A program made the position numbers and the translations under genes. A stretch of DNA of 63,246 nt, counting the filler, from Vannella sp. (Eukaryota), in the NCBI GenBank assembly GCA_023345925.1. It is 6 parts of 6 records of this genome, joined end to end, with 100 filler letters (N's around TTAATTAATTAA, not from the genome) between each part and the next. Parts side by side here need not be neighbours in the genome. Positions count along the whole stretch, not along the records: positions 31,620 to 40,380 come from JAJQQN010000580.1; positions 40,481 to 48,090 come from JAJQQN010000507.1; positions 48,191 to 60,625 come from JAJQQN010000296.1; 3 more parts are not named here. One strand, given 5' to 3'. Below the pieces are notes generated by a model. The model ran no database searches, had not been told where the DNA came from, and saw only the letters and a list, made by a program, of their open reading frames with translations. Of the stretch, positions 36,034 through 49,091 are shown in pieces (within the stretch, counting starts at the first letter, position 1; each line of letters begins with the position of its first letter).

Positions 36034-37381
36034 TCAAACAACGGGGCTGAAAGCTTGGATACCAGTGATGGCTCGGCCCAGAATGAGGGCGTGGATGGAG
36101 TTGGTACCTTCGTATGTGTTGACTGCTTCCAAGTTCATGCAGTGGCGAATGATGTGATACTCATCAGAAATGCCGTTACCTCCGAGAAGCTCCCGGGCTT
36201 GGCGGGCGACTTCAATGGATTTCATGCAAGAGTTACGCTTGATCATGGAAATCAACTCAACAGGAAGCTTGCCTTCGTCCTTGAGCCGACCAGCTCGAAG
36301 GCAACCTTGGAGAGCGAGACTGATCTCTGTGCTCATGTCGGCAAAGTCCTTCTGAACGAGCTGGAATCCGGCAAGAGGTGTATCAAACTGCTTTCGATCG
36401 AGACAGTATTGGCGCGCTTGTTCAAGACAGAACTCCGCAGCTCCCAAGGTGCCCCAGGCAATTCCATAGCGGGCGTTGTTAAGACAACCAAAAGGAGCCT
36501 AGAAGGGCGGGTAAGACTCCAGCACAAGGCAGTACTTAAGGTAGACTCACTTTGAGGGTGGATTCGCCTGGGAGCATGTTTTCTTTGGGGACGCGGACTT
36601 CATCCATTACAATCATTCCCGTGATGGATGCTCTCAGCGAGAACTTGCCCTCGATCTTTGGTGCAGTCAGGCCCTTCATGCCTTTCTCCAAAATGAAGCC
36701 GCGGATAACATCGGCGTCGTCCTTGGCCCACACCACGAAAACGTCAGCGATTGGAGAGTTGGTGATCCTTGGGAAAGGTTAGCTCTTCACAGGTGGCTGT
36801 GGGAAGTCTTACCATGTCTTCGAGCCGGTGACGATGTAGTTATCGCCATCCGAGCGAGCACGGGTGGTCATACCGCTAGGATCAGATCCATGGTTTGGCT
36901 CTGTGAGACCAAATGCACCAACCAGTTCTCCAGTGGCAAGTTTGGGAAGGAATCGGAGTCTTTGCTCCTCAGTACCGTACGCGTGAATAGGATGCATCAC
37001 TAAGGAAGATTGGACACTCATTGCGCTACGGTATCCACTGTCCACGCGTTCCACCTCACGAGCAGTGAGACCATAGGAGACATAGTTGACGCCGGGACAT
37101 CCATAGCCTTCAATGGTAGACCCGAGCATTCCCATTTCTCCCATCTCGTACATGATGTCCCGATCAAACTTCTCGTTGCGGTTGGCTTCAAGAACTCGAG
37201 GCATCAGCTTCTCTTGGCAGTATTGGTGCACTTGGTCTCGCACCATCGTCTCCTCCTCGGTAAGTTGTTCTTCCATATTAAATGGGTCACTCCACGTGTA
37301 CTTTGCCTTCTTGGCATATTCGCGGGTAGCCGAGAGGGCAACCCGTTTCATACATTTCTCTCCGATGCGCGCAGCAAACAT
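36034..37381 (-). CDS. GCDH: Mitochondrial glutaryl-CoA dehydrogenase, 3 exons
   Basis: [69 protein letters not shown]. Confidence 0.97.
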
Positions 37382-37708
37382 TGGGGGGCCAAGAAATGGA
37401 AGAATATCGCGGTTATCTCGCAGTAGGTAATTATTGCATCATATTGTGTTCGCTTCCCATTGGCTGGAAAGGGCATGGCGCAAATTGTTGCGATTGGGGT
37501 GTGAATCATCAATGACTTAACTGACTTTAGAACTGGGGAGAGTAATCGAGCCATTTTGGGTCATATGCCGAGCAATCGGAGAATCGGGCCGATTCATCCA
37601 ATCAAAACTCAGTTAGCGTTGACTTACTGTGTCGATCTTGATGCTCTCAGGCAACCATTTTAATGTCTCTCTTTCAGCCAAACCTCCCTATCCTTGGCTT
37701 TGTCCGAG

Positions 37709-38141
37709 ATGCCTCGTAAGGCGTACCCTCAGAGTTCTAGCAATGCACTAACGAGCTGAAGACGGGTCCAATCCTACATGTTCCCGCGTGGTTTCGAACA
37801 TAGTTCATCTTCACTCCTTTACTGCCCCGTTCCCAATCCGTTTAGTGTGGGTAGTGAACTCACTGACAGCTGAGTCTGACCTTCATCTCAGCCTGACATC
37901 TTCACGGGACACACGAGGCACCATTGCACTTCATGTGGGCGGTCAGAAACACCCAAATGGCGCAAAGGGCCCGATGGACCAAACTCGTAAGAATGGAAGA
38001 AAACTGGTTTGTGTCCGCTTCTCATCCTTCATCAGACTGTGCAACGCCTGTGGGCTTCGCTATTTCGCCAATCTACGAAAAGAGAAGGAAATTCCCCCCG
38101 CACAGCCTTCCAAAGTTCCCATCTCGAGCTTGCTGAACTAA
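37709..38141 (+). CDS. Small GATA zinc-finger protein, intron-split; 5' exons uncertain
   Basis: CTSCGRSETPKWRKGPDGPNS + intron (~37987-38035) + LCNACGLRY gives C-x2-C-x18-C-x2-C. Confidence 0.85.
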
Positions 38142-38258
38142 AGCAGTCCCAGAGGTGCACTTGGTCAAGCTGCCTCTGCTGTGAACTCTCTCTGCAATCC
38201 GTAGTCGGAAAAAGGACGATGACTCAACCGCAAAAGGCCAGTGAGCGAGTCATTAGTC

Positions 38259-39167
38259 ATGTGGCGGGCGCTGGATAGGGTGGGAAGTCTCTTTACCACC
38301 CGGCAGCTCTCTGTTGTTCTGCTCCTTCTTTTGGGGTGTATTGGTGTGATCCAACAGTATCAGGCTGTTAGTGAGAGTGTTGTAGAGCTGGGAGGTCATA
38401 CTGCAGTCAGTAATCCTCTCCAATTGGGGGAAGAGTGTCCCTTCATCCCCAAGGACTACAAAGAGGTGTGGAGTTGGTGCCATACGGACCGCTACATGAT
38501 CTGCAAGGCCAACTTTCCACGTTCCCACAAAGTAGATGACTTGTTGATGGTGCTGGATCGAGTCACGAGGTACAAAGCCATTCCTTTCCCTCAGCCGCCA
38601 CTCTTCTGACTCTCCTGAAGGATCCTCACGCGACATCGGATCGACTGGTGGTTAGACTTTGATACACTCCGAGCTGTAGTCACCAACAACGAAGAACTGT
38701 TCCCCTGGGCCCACCAAATCGAGATTGGAGTGACGGAGAAGCGCTTCCGCCAGTACTACGCCATGATCATGGAGGAACTACACCAATGCTCTGACCCAGA
38801 GTCACCACTCTTCTACACTCGATACTCTCCAAGTGACGAGAACCTCCGGGGCAGGTTCCAGAGCAAACATGAACCGCGGTTCTCGGTGGAAGTGAATACC
38901 TGGAATGTTGATGAGAAGAATGTCTTGCGGAAAGCTGGCTGGAACAGTACGGGAAAGGAGCAAGTAGATATGAATTGGGACCTTTTCAAACCCTTCCATT
39001 CCATCACATTGAATGGCCAAAAGGTGAAGATTCCCCGCAAGAGCAAAGAAGTCTTACAAGAGCGCTACTTTAACTCACCTGGTGGCTACACCAACGTCAC
39101 ACAACCACATTACTATCGACCTGACCTCCTTTGGGGGTCTCCCGAGATGCAAAGGATAAAGCCTTAA
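38259..39167 (+). CDS. Type II membrane LicD/fukutin-like protein with degenerate active site, 2 exons
   Basis: N-terminal TM; WWLDFDTLRAVV...FPWAHQIEIG; C-terminal VKIPRKSKEVLQERY. Confidence 0.7.
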
Positions 39168-39237
39168 CGCACAAAGTAAGAAGAACTGCTTTTCAGTCCT
39201 TTCTGGCCTGCTCGAGGGGAGAGTGAGATTCCCGGCC

Positions 39238-40373
39238 TCATTTGAAGAGAGACTTGATGCCAACCAAAGTCATAATCACCACCACGTTCATGCGCTGTTG
39301 AGACTCGTTCAAATAGATGGAAAGTTGACTTCCCAGGCACGCTCCGACAGCACTTCCCAAGAGCATAGGTTTGAGAGCGCGCCACATAACGTTGCCTGTT
39401 CTTCTGTGTCCGATGGTACCCAGAATAGCGGTGGGGACTAAGGCAGCCAATACTGTCCCGAAAACGAGTTGCTGGGGCATGTCGGTCCCGATGGAGAGGA
39501 TAGGAAGGAGCACAACACCTCCTCCAACACCTAGAAGTCCCGAAACAAAGCCTGTCAATGCTCCTGCACTGACAAAGGTGGCGATCTCTTGTCGTGATTG
39601 GAGGCGGGTTCGGATTGCACTCTCCCAATGCGAGAAGCTCATGCTCTGGGTCTTCTGGAGGGCTTCTTCGGTAATACTCTTCTCTAGAGGTTCTTCAGAA
39701 GGCGTTGGTTCCTCTTGGATTGGCACTTGGGAGTCAGAATCTCCTTGCCGGGACTTCCACTCCTTCCAAGCGCACATGCCAGCAGCAGAGAAGGTCAAGA
39801 GAGCCATACCTAGCTTGAGCTGTCGAGGAGTTGCGTAGTTACATAAGCTTCACGTTGTATGAGACGCGAGGAGCCGAGAGAGAGGTAAACTCACCTAACC
39901 CCCAACGGGGCGCACAAAGCAGCAGAGGGCGTAATGACGAGGGCAGCTATGAAGTCAATAGAGCCATCTCCAAAGACGTAGTAGTTCCCTGCACCGACTA
40001 TGGCAGCGCTGGTGACTGCAGCCAGTGAGGTTCCCGTTGCTTTGTGCTGAGACACTCGAAGGAAGTGGCTCATTAGAGGGACAGCGATCACTCCTCCACC
40101 AATACCAACAAGACCACCAAGTGCACCCATAACCAGACCAATTCCTCCACTCTTCAATAGAAAGCGGGGGACTTCCTCTCCTCCTTGCGAAGCATCCGAA
40201 GATGTTCCACGGCGATCGATCAGGCTCCCCTGCTGCCACTGCTGGCTAGGCATGGTCTGGCCCACGCTTGAAGAACAGAGGTTCATCCCCATCCTCGACC
40301 TTACCAAAGGACCACCACGGCACCTCACCAAGCGTATCATCCCCAAAGAATCCTTTCGTTCCGTATTGCCCAT
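39238..40373 (-). CDS. TauE/SafE (TSUP, DUF81) transporter with presequence-like N-terminus, 2 exons
   Basis: Two repeats GLVGIGGGVIAVP...ATGTSL and GLLGVGGGVVLLP...GTVLA. Start uncertain. Confidence 0.88.
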
Positions 40374-40380
40374 TCCTCTT

Positions 40381-40480
40381 NNNNNNNNNNNNNNNNNNNN
40401 NNNNNNNNNNNNNNNNNNNNNNNNTTAATTAATTAANNNNNNNNNNNNNNNNNNNNNNNNNNNNNNNNNNNNNNNNNNNN
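40381..40480. other. Artificial contig spacer
   Basis: N run with TTAATTAATTAA. Confidence 0.99.
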
Positions 40481-41917
40481 AGTATCACTGCATAAGTAGC
40501 AGCTCCTTTCTCTCAATAAACAGTCTCTCTTTCTTCCCTCCTCTCGCCCACACTCGGGTACACAACACACCTGAACCTGTGGCTCAAGGCGATGATGCAG
40601 CGTTTCTCAAGTTGATGCAGTTGGCTGCACCTACAAAGAGGTCTTCCCTCGGTGATCAAGATCAAGGGGCTCAAGCTTATCGGTAGGATTCCGAACGGAC
40701 CGTCGCCATGGCAGAGTTCCCAGAGTGTTCATGGAGGCACCAGGGCATTTCGCTCATCGATTGGTACATGTTCTGCGATCATCTTCTGAGTCTGTTTGAC
40801 AGGGACTGGCGATATGGCTTTGAGCCGTACAAGGCCCCGAGAACGCAGGAAGCGTTTTGGGGCCTTTGTACAAGGTTATGCTGAGGTTTTGCTTTGTACC
40901 GATGCCTTGCTGTTGGAGAATGACATCAAAGGGTGCTCTCTTTGACAAGTTGAACATCTACGGACCTGGAGGTTTCTCTAAGGAGCACATTGACCATCCT
41001 GATCAAGAAAGGACAGTTGGATACTTGGTTATCCAATTCCCCACAACCTTCACCGGAGGGGACCTTCGAATGACGACAGGGGACGGAGGAGAGATTCGCA
41101 TGACAGCGGACCCGGAGAAGTTTAAATTTGCTTATTTCTTCTCTTCTGTTCCTCAAGAAGTAGAGGAGGTGACTTCTGGATGCCGGGTAACACTGACACT
41201 ATTCATTAACCGCGATGCCGTAGTGGGTGCTCTGCCTCATGAACTGGTGAGAGAGAGGATACCTTGGGGGCCCAAGTACGATGACACCTTCCTGAACAAG
41301 CTTCAAAAGCTGGGCTGCTTGGGGGTGCTTATGAGGGGCTGTTACACCCCGGAGGATGTGGAAACTCGTAAGTTGGATGCGTTGGACAATCATTGCGACT
41401 TGCTATTGGTGAACTATTGAGAGACCACCTCAGATTGCCTTTGGAAGTGATTATTGTCGCCACTGTGATCACCAGTACAACCGACAACAAAGGAGCCCCA
41501 GATAAGTGGACTGCGAGGGTGGAACAGATCTCAGTTCCTTTGTGGGAGAAGCTGATGAAGAGGAATGGCCCCCTACCCTGGAACAAGGAACGTTTCTTTA
41601 TTGGGGAAGAAGGGATGAATATCACGTTTGTGGGCTACCAGATGGATGGCGGTGAGAGCTTAAGTTTAAGTGAGATTCCATTCTTAAAGACTACAGCACA
41701 AAAGGGAGAAGTTCACAGCGTGCACCTTCATGCTGCACTAATCGTCCGACCAAGAATACTGGCCAAGCGGCCTGCTTTGAGTATACAACTAGATTGGCCA
41801 ATAAGCGCTTCAAAGAGGACGATTTTCCAAAATGAACCAACTGGTTGGCTTTCAAGCTGCGTGACCACTTTGATCCTACACGGAGTAACCAATCACAATA
41901 GAGCAGTTTCACCGTAA
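40481..41917 (+). pseudogene. 2OG-Fe(II) oxygenase-like gene, 5'-partial, apparently frameshifted near 41390
   Basis: KLNIYGPGGFSKEHID...FTGGDL...PQEVEEVTSGCRVTL; coding continues in another frame (41393..41917) with no convincing acceptor. Confidence 0.6.
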
Positions 41918-42202
41918 CGATGTTGAAGGGCGTTTGTCAACGAATCGTCATGGAACTGTTGATGCGGGGCAAATCATTCGAATGAAACCTACTTTGGAAG
42001 CCAAAAGGGCCCCTTCGAGGGAGAGGGGGAGCGTGTGCCCGCCAAAGGGAGGGAAATGAGCGGGAAAGGGGAACAAGGGCCTTACCTCTCTAAGAGAAAG
42101 TGAGGGGAAAGTGAGTAGGAGACAACTGTCACTTTTCTCCTCCTCCTGATAACTACGTTGCGATTGAAAGGTCTTTAGAGGGGAAGGGAGTGCGGGACAG
42201 GT

Positions 42203-45200
42203 TTACTGGCGGCTTTTTTCTTCCTCCAATTCAGAGTGGACCACAGATGGAGGGACTTCGAGCTCAGTGGCCTCGTCGTCTTGGAGATCGATGAGGAGGT
42301 CGTTACCAAGGTCTGCACCGAGATCTCCGTAAGTCTCAATTTTGAGAGTATTATCCATCCGTTGGATGTTCTGTCGAACACGCTCAGTAATAAGCTGCTC
42401 TGGGGACTTGTCGAATTGTCGGACATCACTGAATTCAATCATGTCAGCGGCAATCACAGACTCCACTATCGATGTCACTGCTTGCCCACCAGTGACTAGA
42501 TTCAGGTGAGCAGACTCGCTGTAATGTTTCAGATAGGAGAAGAGCTGCTCTTGGTTTTCTACTGAGCGCATGAGAATCAAGGGCTGCTTTTCATCGTGCC
42601 GAGGGACATTCAGCTAGAACAGAGTGAGTGAGAGGAACAAGAATGCATCCAAGAAGTGAATCACCTTAATAGGACTCTCCATGGAAGCAGTCTGGCCTAA
42701 CTGTTCGATGAATGGGACAAAAGGAGCTGAAGTAGGCAAATCCTCAAAGTAATCTCGAGTGAAGATCCATTCGTAGAGCTTGAATTGCTCACAGTTTGAA
42801 AGGATCGCAATATCAAAGAACTTGGCTGCACTGAGGATCAGATTGGGCTCTGGAGCGACTCTGCCCCCGTAACCAAAGATGCGCATCTGTTTCTAGTGGT
42901 TAGCTTTCCTCTTTTGCTGTTATAAAGGGGTTGACCGTACCATTTCTGCGAGCACCACTGGCCAGAAGGCAGTAAGGCGGGTAGCAGATACTCGGAAGAT
43001 CAAAACGCGCAAGCATGTGAAGACTTGTTCGTACACGCTTGGGGCTTGTGGGAGTTTGAGAGCATCAAACAGGTGCTCTTGAATGATAGGCACAGAAGTA
43101 CTATACGAATCAAACTCCCCCGCGAGAAGTACAAAGGCAAGTCGCTTGATGTTTCGGGCCCGAAGAAGATTCTCCTGCTCCTTGCTCACAAATACCATTG
43201 TCGCGTGCGATTGCAAGCTCTTCCCCACCACCCCTATCCCACTATGAGCTAAGGAAAGCATGGGAGAGTCAGAAGAGCTTTGGCTTACGAAGGAGTTCGG
43301 TCAGGTGAGCTTTTTCTGAGTTCATGAGGTGATTGATGATCTCGCACCAGTACGAGAGGGCAACGTAGTCCATGTAGAAGAAGTTGTTGTCGTAGAAGAT
43401 CTCTACAATCTGTTTGGTCATCAGTTTGGTCGAGTAACCGCTCTGGATGAGCTTCAAAAGGAACAAAGCAGACACTCGCGACCAAGGCAGGTTGTGCTCA
43501 GAGCGGTCTCGCAAGTAACTCATCAAGATGACTATGACTGGTGCCACTGCCCGGTTCTTATCTTCGCTAATGTGGTCGTACAGGGATGGTACAATCTTTG
43601 CGAGGGTGTGGATGGTCTTTTGGCTCAACGCGCGGATGCGTTGCTTCTTCTCTTCAAATGACTGGTCCTTCTCAGCTTCCATTCGGGAAACAGTTGCGCG
43701 GTGATCGTTAGCAATCTTCAGACAGCATTCAACGAGGTTCTGGATGACTTCTACCAGCTCTCGCTTGTTAGAACCTTGGCGGGGATCGTTGTTAACGCCC
43801 GCTTTGGTACAGAATTGATCCACCAACTGAATCATCAAAAGATACAGATTGGGTGACCGTGAATTCATCGCTTCCTGGACCAGCAAAGTCACATCCGCGT
43901 GTGCTTTGAATAATTGTGCCTCTGGAAGAACAGTGTTCTTGAGGAACTGGAACGCAAAGTCCACGACAGTGGTCTCATGCCTTTCCCGACGTGTTAGAGG
44001 TGATAGAATAGAGAAAGACAAGTCGCTTACAGAGTGGGAATCACAGGCACTGGTTCATTCTTTCCTTGCTTGGTCTTCATGAGCAAAGCTGAGATGATTG
44101 ACGTGCAGGCTCCCAATAATTTACGAGCAGTGAGGCAATCGATAGCGTTGAGGATAGTTGTAATGGCTCCAAAGGCTTCTCCCAACTCTGTTTGGCCCTT
44201 TCCACGGAGCTCTTCGATATGGAGGCAAAAGCCGTAAGTGAGCTCCTCTGGGAAGCCAGTGAATACAAATTCGAGGATCTTGACCACGCAGTCTTGGAGG
44301 GCGAATTGGTTAGCAATCTCGTCGTCTCCTTGGGGCTTTTGGCGCCACATGTACACAAAGACCCTCAAAATGAACGGGAGGGATTTCATCAGGTTCTCCC
44401 GGGTTTTAGCCACGGGGTCTTCAATCTCTGGCTCATCGGTGGCAAACACGCGAACTACCCCACTTAGTAAACCCCCAGTGAGCAAGCCTCCAACGGAGGA
44501 TGACTTTTCGGCAGCAGCAGCGGCCACTTGGATTTCTCTCTCACTGCGAATGAGGCAATTCGTCAGAATGGCACTGATGCACTCCAAAATCGTCAGGATT
44601 TCGCGGCTGGAATGGAACGTGTGGATGTTGTCAGTATCGAGGATGATTTGGGAGAGACAGCGCGCAACAGGAGAGACAAAGAGGATCCGTTCTTTCGGAT
44701 AGCTGCTCACTAAAGTAGACACAAACTCTATCCAGTAGTAGCGGACGCTCCCCGAGAGAGGCTGTTGAAGTCCACTTGTGAGAGTTTGAAGAAATAAGGG
44801 ATTTTGGAGCACCGAGGGCGGGCTATTGCTCTCAGAAAGAGATCCATGCTCCTTCTGAAGAGTGATAACTGTCTTTAGCAAGCGGAGGAGCTGCGCTTGG
44901 AAGACATGATCCCTTCTAACGACAGCACCGTGAAGCGAGCGAGCGATTCGCTCCTGCAAGACAACAGCAAAGTTGCGGGCCATGGTCTTGTCAGGTAGCT
45001 TGTTCAGGAAATAGCGCAAGTAGCTCGCTGCTGTACTTTGAACAATGGCAATTCCCGCAGTAAAGTCCTCCTCCGTTTCCGGACTGCTGGAGCTGAAGCT
45101 CTGGATGAAGCGCATGGAGGAAGCGATGATGTAGTCCACATACGTGGTGGCGGGGAAAGGAATGAGTGAGTGGATAGGGGCCTTACTACCTTGAGCGTGC

Positions 45201-47924
45201 ATTTCCTGTTGAGAATGAAGGACTGTCAAGTCAGTGAAGGCGGAAGCCTTCACAGGGCGATTTGGAACAAAGACAAAGTCGCATCCGAGGATATCTCGGA
45301 GGAGGGTAAAGACATAGACGATTCGCCGAGTGTCGAAGGAAGCAACATAGATATTGTCTTGGCGGACAATATTGGGGTCGAGAAGCACCTTCAGGATGGG
45401 CTCTAAGATTCGCTCAGCTTTCGGAATGCATTCTGCCAGCCAAGTGCGGCCAGCCATTCGCACCATGGGCTGGACATCGCTGAGGGTGTCCAGGACGGGG
45501 AAGATGTTACTGGCTAATGGGTTCGCATCTGTGTGGTCGTTGACGAGCTTCCAAATGATAGAGAAGCGGCGACAGGCTTCCACCTTCTCGGTGGGGTCTT
45601 CAACACGAAGGAATGCTCCAATCAATCGATTGACTGTCTCTTTGGAGTGCCGTAAGAGGTCTTGCATAATGGATGCAACGCGGAAGTGAAGAGAGGAGAA
45701 GCGAGAATCTAACAAAGCCCACAACCGAACTCCGGTCTCCTTAATGTACCATTCCAGGTCAATTTGGTCCTTCATCTCTTGTGTCATGCCCGTGTTGGGT
45801 GTAATGAGGAGTTCTACAAAAGCTTTGAGAGCAACGCATGAGATCTGAGGGTCTGGAGACTTTCCGCAATCGCGCAGTGTGGTCAACCAAACAGGAATTT
45901 CGTCTTTGCTGGCAACAGCCAGCTCTGCACCAGCTGGGAGGTAGACAAAGACAGAGACAAGCAACTCGATAGCAAGGACCCCAATCTTCCTGCGTTCCTC
46001 CTTCTTCGCATCCACTGGATTGATCGAGAGGCCAACGTCAGCCTGTACAAAGTGGGGCGTTATGTGCTTCCTGAAAGTCTCTGCCACAACGTTCTGATAG
46101 GAAAGAAGCGCTTTGTAAAGCCCTCCTAAGCGTGCAGTGTTGTCGCTCATATCCTGGCTTTCTGTAAGACTTGTAGAAATGCCGGAAAACTTTCCAAACA
46201 CTTTCCGGGCGAGCAACAAGCAGTTATACATCTGCTCAAAGTCGTTCTTATCACCAATCGACTCAATCCCGTTCAAGAGCTTGCTAAGCAAGTTGGGAAG
46301 ATGGAGGGTTTTGGTTTCTTCATCGCATCGGAGGACGTCAATGAGAGAGTCAATCACACCAATGGCATCTGGCTTATCATCAATAAACAGAGAAATGGCC
46401 CCGCCCCAGATGATCTCAGGTTGGGCCAACTCCAGAAGGCTGTTAACCTGGATCTTGAGCTGGCGGGACTCTGGGTGGCCCTCCTTAAAGCGGTGCAGAG
46501 CGTAAAAAACAGAGTTGAGGACGTTCTCAATGATGGCCTCCCCAATCTCCTGTTTCTCCAATAGAGACTTCATGATCCTGCAAGGGTGCGTGGCGCTCTC
46601 TGTCGTGTCAGGAGGTGCAGCGAAGAGAGTTTGGACACCGAGGATGAGAACCTTCTTCCCATGCTCTTCAAACTCTTCCATATCTATTCTATGTTAACCT
46701 ATACCCCTTTGGATACCTGGTAAGCCCAAGCCATCCTACCTGATCCAAGGAACCAAGCATAAAGGCGTCGGTTTAGACCCACCTCCTTCCGCAGAAGAAG
46801 CTGGAGAACAAGAACGGCAATGTCGTCCCACGCTTCAAATAGCCTGAACCCGTTGTGAGTCCCAGAGGCAGTGAGAGGACGCCCTTCTAGCAGCTAACTC
46901 ACATAGAAGAGATGGGGAAGTGGTTCACGAGGATCTCCATCGTCGCCCGCTGTGTGAGGAGAGCAGTATCACCAAGGCATGCTTTGATAGCACCTTTGAC
47001 GATGGTCTCTGCCTCTGGCAAGCACAATTCCCGCTCTTCGTCGTCCTCGCCAGGTTTGGGGATGTTTCGGTCCAAGTAGCTGATTGTAGCGCATCGCACG
47101 TTGGGTGAGGCGACGACACTCTTCCACAGAGCACGGAAGAAGATCTGCTTGTCTGTGCGCTTGCCCAAGTTGTTCACAAGGCGGAGGACCCGATCGTACA
47201 CTTCTGAGCCTTCCTCGTCCAACCCAGGGAGGATGGAGATCAGCAAGCCGCTCAAACAGGGTACCAGGTTCATCTCTAAAGGGAGGAAGTACCTCTCGAA
47301 GATGTCCAGCATCACTGGCTAACGGGGACGGGATTAGGAGGCTGCCTTTGCTTCGAGAGCCATTCGGAAGGGGCTTGCGTACCTTCACAGTCATAGCAGC
47401 GAACTGGAAGAGAGGAAAGAGCCCCATAGAGTACAAGGCCAGGTCTTTGGACAGCTTCTCCGGCTGAAGAGCGCGTCAGATGGGCTTGTTGGGGAGGAGA
47501 GGAGGAAAGACGTACCCCAATACGATCTAGAACAGTCTCAAGAGTTTGTAAGGACTTGAGATGAACGCCAGAGGGAAGGTTGGGGTTGAGGCACTGCGCA
47601 ATACGCTTGCAGAAGGCCAGTTTGAGGGGAATGACGTTGAAAGCCATCTGCTTCTCCAATACCTGAAGCTATCGTGAGAAGGACACTCCGATGGAGGTTC
47701 CAGCACAGACCTTTTGCACCCGCTGCATGCACTTGACGAGATCTGGCCACGTCTTCGCCTTCTCAAACTGCTGAAGAGCCACAGTCATCTCATCTGTGAA
47801 CGCACGGAACTTGGGATTCGTCCGAAGCAGGTCCGCCTCCACTGTGGGCCCATACTTGTGAGTAAAGAAGCTCCTCGACCACGGACCGACCAGTCAACCC
47901 ACCCTGGTCACTTCCTGCCGCCAT
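42203..47924 (-). CDS. DOP1: Dopey/DOP1 family endosome-Golgi trafficking protein, multi-exon
   Basis: FEKAKTWPDL, KRIAQCLNPNLPSGVHLKSL, SILPGLDEEGSE, IKRLAFVLLAGEFDSY, LTAFWPVVLAEM. Confidence 0.93.
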
Positions 47925-47980
47925 TAAATGACAAGTTTCTCTTACTAACGGCCCCACAATTCGATTCTTCCATTTCATAT

Positions 47981-48090
47981 GAAGAGAGGACGGGGAGAGG
48001 AGACGGGAGATGGAGAAGAAGGGGGATGGAGATAGAGAGGAGATGGAGATGGAGAGGAGAAGGGAGATGGAGAGGAAAAGGGAGATGGAG
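47981..48090 (+). repeat. Purine-rich GGAGA(T/C) low-complexity tract at contig end
   Basis: Imperfect repeats of GGAGAT/GGAGA; a likely cause of the assembly break. Confidence 0.8.
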
Positions 48091-48190
48091 NNNNNNNNNN
48101 NNNNNNNNNNNNNNNNNNNNNNNNNNNNNNNNNNTTAATTAATTAANNNNNNNNNNNNNNNNNNNNNNNNNNNNNNNNNNNNNNNNNNNN
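48091..48190. other. Artificial contig spacer
   Basis: N run with TTAATTAATTAA. Confidence 0.99.
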
Positions 48191-48535
48191 GTCAACGCCA
48201 ATGGAGGCGCACATGACCTGGAAATGCTTTCGGAGCTCGGGGTTCCGATTGATGTCCTTCTTATGCTTACGAGCAAAGGTTTCCAAGTTATCTTTGAAGA
48301 GCGCCAGCTGCTGCTGCATCTAACCTCCCACCAACCCCCGTCAAACCCCCAACACCATTCCAGCGCTCTCCCTGACTCACCTTCTCCTTATCCTCCACTG
48401 ATATCATCGATGCCACCTTCTTAAACTTATCCTAACACCCCGTCAACCCCTACAGAGCCACAACCAACCCTAAACCCTCCTCACCTGCTGCTCCGCCGTC
48501 CGAGTCAAACCAGCGATGCCAACCCTCCGCCTCAT
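48191..48535 (-). CDS. SNF8: ESCRT-II subunit SNF8/VPS22, N-terminal three exons (3'-truncated; absent from ORF track)
   Basis: Manual splice: MRRRVGIAGL...FKDNLETFARKHKKDINRNPELRKHFQVMCASIGVD. Confidence 0.92.
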
Positions 48536-48591
48536 CGCAATAAATAATAAACAAATTAGAAAGGCCATTTTCTGGTGTCCTGCTCTCGATC

Positions 48592-49012
48592 ATGAACTTG
48601 TCGGACAGCGGGCGGGTCGCTGCGCGGAAGGGCGCTTACGGGAAGAACCCTAACATTGAGATCTTGATGGAGACTCAGATAGAGAAGTGGGCGTTCTACC
48701 GTGAGAACGTTCACCGCAACTTCAACTACTCAAAGCCCTCGAACTACCGCCGTGGCTTTATCTACCTCGTTCTTATTCCTGTTGGCTTCATGGCTTTCAT
48801 CTTCGTTGGACAGGTAAGCAGAGACTCCCCCAAGAACGTTGCGTAAGGGACTTACACTTTCCCAGCGCGATGGAGAGAAGAACAACTTCCAAAAGCAGCC
48901 AAGCTACTACTGGCCCTCAACGAAGATCGGTGATGTGGACAAGATAGACCCTTTGAATAACCCCAACAGCCAAATCTCTTACACTCGCCTGACCCCTGGA
49001 CGAGTGGGATAA
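48592..49012 (+). CDS. NDUFB4: Complex I accessory subunit NDUFB4/B15-like, 2 exons
   Basis: IEKWAFYRENVHRNF followed by one TM helix; GTAAGC..CAG intron. Confidence 0.7.
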
Positions 49013-49091
49013 GTGCGAACAACCTCTCAATACAAGTACACTCCACGAGCTGGCTGAGTGTTTATGAGAGTAAGAGGTGCTAATGGAGTCC

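Noticed and set aside
42003..42120. G-rich tract as RNase P/MRP RNA or a functional G-quadruplex
   Set aside because: No convincing paired CR-I/CR-V regions; explained as the complement of a pyrimidine-rich 3' flank of Dopey.
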